From: Burkholderiales bacterium
GTDB lineage: Bacteria > Pseudomonadota > Gammaproteobacteria > Burkholderiales > Methylophilaceae
Reading direction: 5' to 3'
NCBI GenBank assembly: GCA_030827595.1
Contig: JAURED010000003.1
Location: 29,985-93,984 of the forward strand
DNA length: 64,000 bases
A model generated the notes under the pieces. The model worked only from the letters and a program-made list of their open reading frames with translations. It searched no databases and was not told the DNA's origin. This document shows positions 61,576 through 64,000 of the stretch, piece after piece; the first letter of the stretch is position 1, and the number at the start of each line of letters is the position of its first letter. The position numbers were made by a program, and so were the translations under genes.

Positions 61576-62282
61576 AGCTCGGGGTAAATATTGATCATAT
61601 TGCAACAATTCGACAAGCACGGGGAACGTCTTACCCAAGTATTGTAGATGCAGTAAAGATTGCTGAATCATCCGGAGCGGATAGCATTACTTTGCATCTC
61701 AGAGAAGACCGCAGACATATGCAAGATCAAGATTTATTTGATTTAAAACCCATAATTCAAACAAAAATGAATCTAGAAATGGCGGCAACAGAGGAAATGT
61801 TAAAGATTGCTTTAGAAATTATGCCTGAAGACGTTTGTATTGTCCCAGAAAGAAGAGAGGAGAGGACGACAGAGGGAGGCTTGGATCTTAAAAATTATTA
61901 CCCTCAGATCAAAACAATTGTGCATGAACTTGCTGACCATGACATTAGGGTGTCATTGTTTATTGCTCCGGATAGGGAAGCGATTGATTTAGCCATTAAG
62001 ATGCAGGTTCCCGTGATTGAGCTGCATACCGGGCATTATGCGGATTCTCATGGGAAACCACAACAATTAGAGCTTGAAAAGATAAAGAGGATGGCCGAAT
62101 ATGCAGCTCAGCATCATTTGATCGTTAATGCAGGTCATGGATTAAACTATACTAATGTCTCCGCCATGACTGCAGTGAAACATATTGATGAGCTGAATAT
62201 AGGCCATGCGATTGTTGCTGAAGCATTATTCATTGGTTGGGATAACGCGATCAAGAAAATGAAATCTTTAATTGGGACATAG
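61572..62282 (+). CDS. pdxJ: Pyridoxine 5'-phosphate synthase
   Basis: LGVNIDHIATIRQAR, HLREDRRH, NAGHGL. Confidence 0.97.
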   Translation: MKLGVNIDHIATIRQARGTSYPSIVDAVKIAESSGADSITLHLREDRRHMQDQDLFDLKPIIQTKMNLEMAATEEMLKIALEIMPEDVCIVPERREERTTEGGLDLKNYYPQIKTIVHELADHDIRVSLFIAPDREAIDLAIKMQVPVIELHTGHYADSHGKPQQLELEKIKRMAEYAAQHHLIVNAGHGLNYTNVSAMTAVKHIDELNIGHAIVAEALFIGWDNAIKKMKSLIGT

Positions 62283-62283
62283 C

Positions 62284-62661
62284 ATGATTTTTGGGATTGG
62301 AAATGATGTCGTTGAGATCGAGCGAATAAAAAAAATTTACGACAAATTTGGCGATCATTTTGCAAGAAGAATTCTGAATGCAGAGGAGTTTGCAATTTTT
62401 AGTGGTAAAAAAAATCATATTCAATTTTTGGCAAAAAGATTTGCAGCTAAGGAAGCTTTTTCAAAAGCCTTAGGTATTGGATTTCGACATCCTGTCTCAT
62501 TTCATGGAATTCAGGTCACCAATAATTCAATAGGCCAACCTTATTTGGTTTTGGATAAAAAAATCAATGCTTACTTGAAACAACAACACATTATCAGTTA
62601 TCACTTATCTATTTCAGATGAAAAAAGCATTGCCAGTGCTGTGGTCATTCTTGAAAAATAA
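62284..62661 (+). CDS. acpS: Holo-ACP synthase
   Basis: MIFGIGNDVV, AKRFAAKEAFSKALG, LSISDE; probable start ATG 62284. Confidence 0.95.
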   Translation: MIFGIGNDVVEIERIKKIYDKFGDHFARRILNAEEFAIFSGKKNHIQFLAKRFAAKEAFSKALGIGFRHPVSFHGIQVTNNSIGQPYLVLDKKINAYLKQQHIISYHLSISDEKSIASAVVILEK

Positions 62662-62663
62662 CG

Positions 62664-63398
62664 ATGCCATCAAACAAAGATAATTTTTTAAGTACACAAA
62701 ATTTACTCGGAAAAAATCAATTTGAGCAAATTAGTCATAGTCATATTTGTGTGATTGGTTTGGGGGGTGTTGGCTCTTGGGTGGTTGAAAGTTTGGTGCG
62801 CCAAGGTTTTGGCGAACTAACTTTAATTGACATGGACCATCTTGTGGCATCCAATATCAATCGTCAAATTCAAGCCTATGAGCATAATGTGGGCATGTCT
62901 AAAATCCGAGCCCTAGCAGAAAGAGTTACTCACATAAATGCAGATTGTAAACTTCATTTGATAGATCAGTATCTGGATGCAGACAATATAGAAACACTGA
63001 TTCATAAAGACATGGATGTTGTCATCGATGCCATTGATCAGTTTTCAGTAAAGGTTGAATTGGTTGAGCATTGCTTAAGAAAAAAAATCAATCTTTTGAT
63101 GTCTGGTGGAGCGGGGGGAAGAAAAAATCCGTCGATGATTAAAACAGCAGATTTATTTGAAACTTTTGGTGATCCGCTATTAGCAAAATTAAGAAAAGTG
63201 TTAAAAAAAAGACACCCCTCTAAAAAAAAATTAGGCATTCCTTCAGTTTTTTCTAACGAGCAAGTCATCAAACCAGATATCTGCGACGACTTTTCCAACA
63301 ACTTAAGCTGTTCTGGCTATGGATCCTCCGTTATGGTCACGGCAACCATGGGATTCCATTTAGCTTTTGAGGCGCAAAAAAAAATTCTTAAAGCTTGA
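62664..63398 (+). CDS. tcdA: tRNA threonylcarbamoyladenosine dehydratase (ThiF family)
   Basis: GLGGVGSW, SNINRQ, DAID, DPL..K.R, GYGSS.MVTA. Confidence 0.85.
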   Translation: MPSNKDNFLSTQNLLGKNQFEQISHSHICVIGLGGVGSWVVESLVRQGFGELTLIDMDHLVASNINRQIQAYEHNVGMSKIRALAERVTHINADCKLHLIDQYLDADNIETLIHKDMDVVIDAIDQFSVKVELVEHCLRKKINLLMSGGAGGRKNPSMIKTADLFETFGDPLLAKLRKVLKKRHPSKKKLGIPSVFSNEQVIKPDICDDFSNNLSCSGYGSSVMVTATMGFHLAFEAQKKILKA

Positions 63399-63421
63399 AA
63401 ATTTAGAATTTACCCCCACTA
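63394..63421 (+). promoter_or_regulatory. Sigma32 (RpoH) heat-shock promoter of htpG
   Basis: CTTGAAA-N13-CCCCACTA against consensus CTTGAAA-N13-17-CCCCATNT. Confidence 0.8.
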
Positions 63422-63453
63422 TTAATCATTATTAATTATTTAAAATAAAAGTT

Positions 63454-64000
63454 ATGTCTAAAACAGAAAAGCTAAATTTCCAAACTGAAGTGAAACAACT
63501 TCTCAATCTTATGATTCATTCTTTATACAGTAATAAAGAAATTGCATTAAGAGAGTTGATTTCTAACGCAAGTGATGCGACGGATAAATTAAGATTTCAA
63601 GCGCTTGATAACGATAAGTTATATGGCAACGATTCAGAATTGAAGGTCATCGTTGATTATGATACCTCTTCAAAAACACTCACCATTGCTGATAACGGCA
63701 TTGGCATGGATCGAGAGGACTTGATCAATAATTTGGGAACGATTGCACGTTCAGGCACAAAAGAATTCATTGCGAATTTATCAGGCGATACTAAAAAAGA
63801 TGCAAATTTAATTGGGCAATTTGGGGTTGGTTTTTATTCTTCTTTTATTATTGCGAAAGAAGTTGTGGTGGAAACTCTTAAAGCGGGCCATGATCAAGCT
63901 TATCGCTGGACTTCTCAAGCGGATGGTGAGTTTACGATTGATGAAATCAAAAAAGACTCAAGGGGTACAACGGTGTTTTTAAAATTGAAAGATGAGGAAC
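63454..64000 (+). CDS. htpG: Hsp90 chaperone HtpG, runs off the window end; absent from the ORF track
   Basis: Translated by hand: [42 protein letters not shown]...DNGIGM...[10 protein letters not shown]...[10 protein letters not shown]. Confidence 0.97.
   Translation, partial: MSKTEKLNFQTEVKQLLNLMIHSLYSNKEIALRELISNASDATDKLRFQALDNDKLYGNDSELKVIVDYDTSSKTLTIADNGIGMDREDLINNLGTIARSGTKEFIANLSGDTKKDANLIGQFGVGFYSSFIIAKEVVVETLKAGHDQAYRWTSQADGEFTIDEIKKDSRGTTVFLKLKDEE

Noticed and set aside
50000-64000. Apparent higher GC in the right-hand part as a sign of horizontal transfer
   Set aside because: The genes are conserved core genes in standard order. I could not compute GC3; a sliding-window GC3 analysis would be needed.

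Overview
Extremely gene-dense, AT-rich core-chromosome segment. Every gap between genes is under about 75 bp and many stop/start codons overlap. Gene order and protein types point to a streamlined betaproteobacterium, most like Methylophilaceae of the OM43/Methylopumilus type; this taxonomy is an inference. Contents in order: lolC/E-lolD-exbBD-msbA-lpxK-ycaR-kdsB; sucCD-ankyrin-nadE-glnB; serB; purL with a second ankyrin gene; yciB-yciI-bolA-PPIase-feoAB; PHP-M50-trpS-scpAB-rluB; xseA-kup-M48-dapD-arsC-dapE-prmB; a translationally coupled dsbB-cysM-exonuclease-rlmD-ABC binding protein-YkuD-permeases-yhhQ-nagZ run; yccA; trmJ-cysE-iscR and an isc operon with two cysteine desulfurases; suhB; nadB-slyD; rpoE-rseABC-degP-lepA-lepB-rnc-era-recO-pdxJ-acpS-tcdA; and the start of htpG. 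I found no RNA genes, CRISPR arrays or mobile elements. The best candidate for an undescribed system is a possible peptidoglycan-recycling module at 35.9-41.2 kb: a family-5 ABC importer with a signal-less YkuD enzyme wedged inside it, followed by NagZ. Other points of interest are an IscR-type operator upstream of cysE, apparently leaderless genes, a TrpRS with an Fe-S motif, and two exported ankyrin proteins inside housekeeping operons. All functional calls come from recognising motifs by eye, without database searches.
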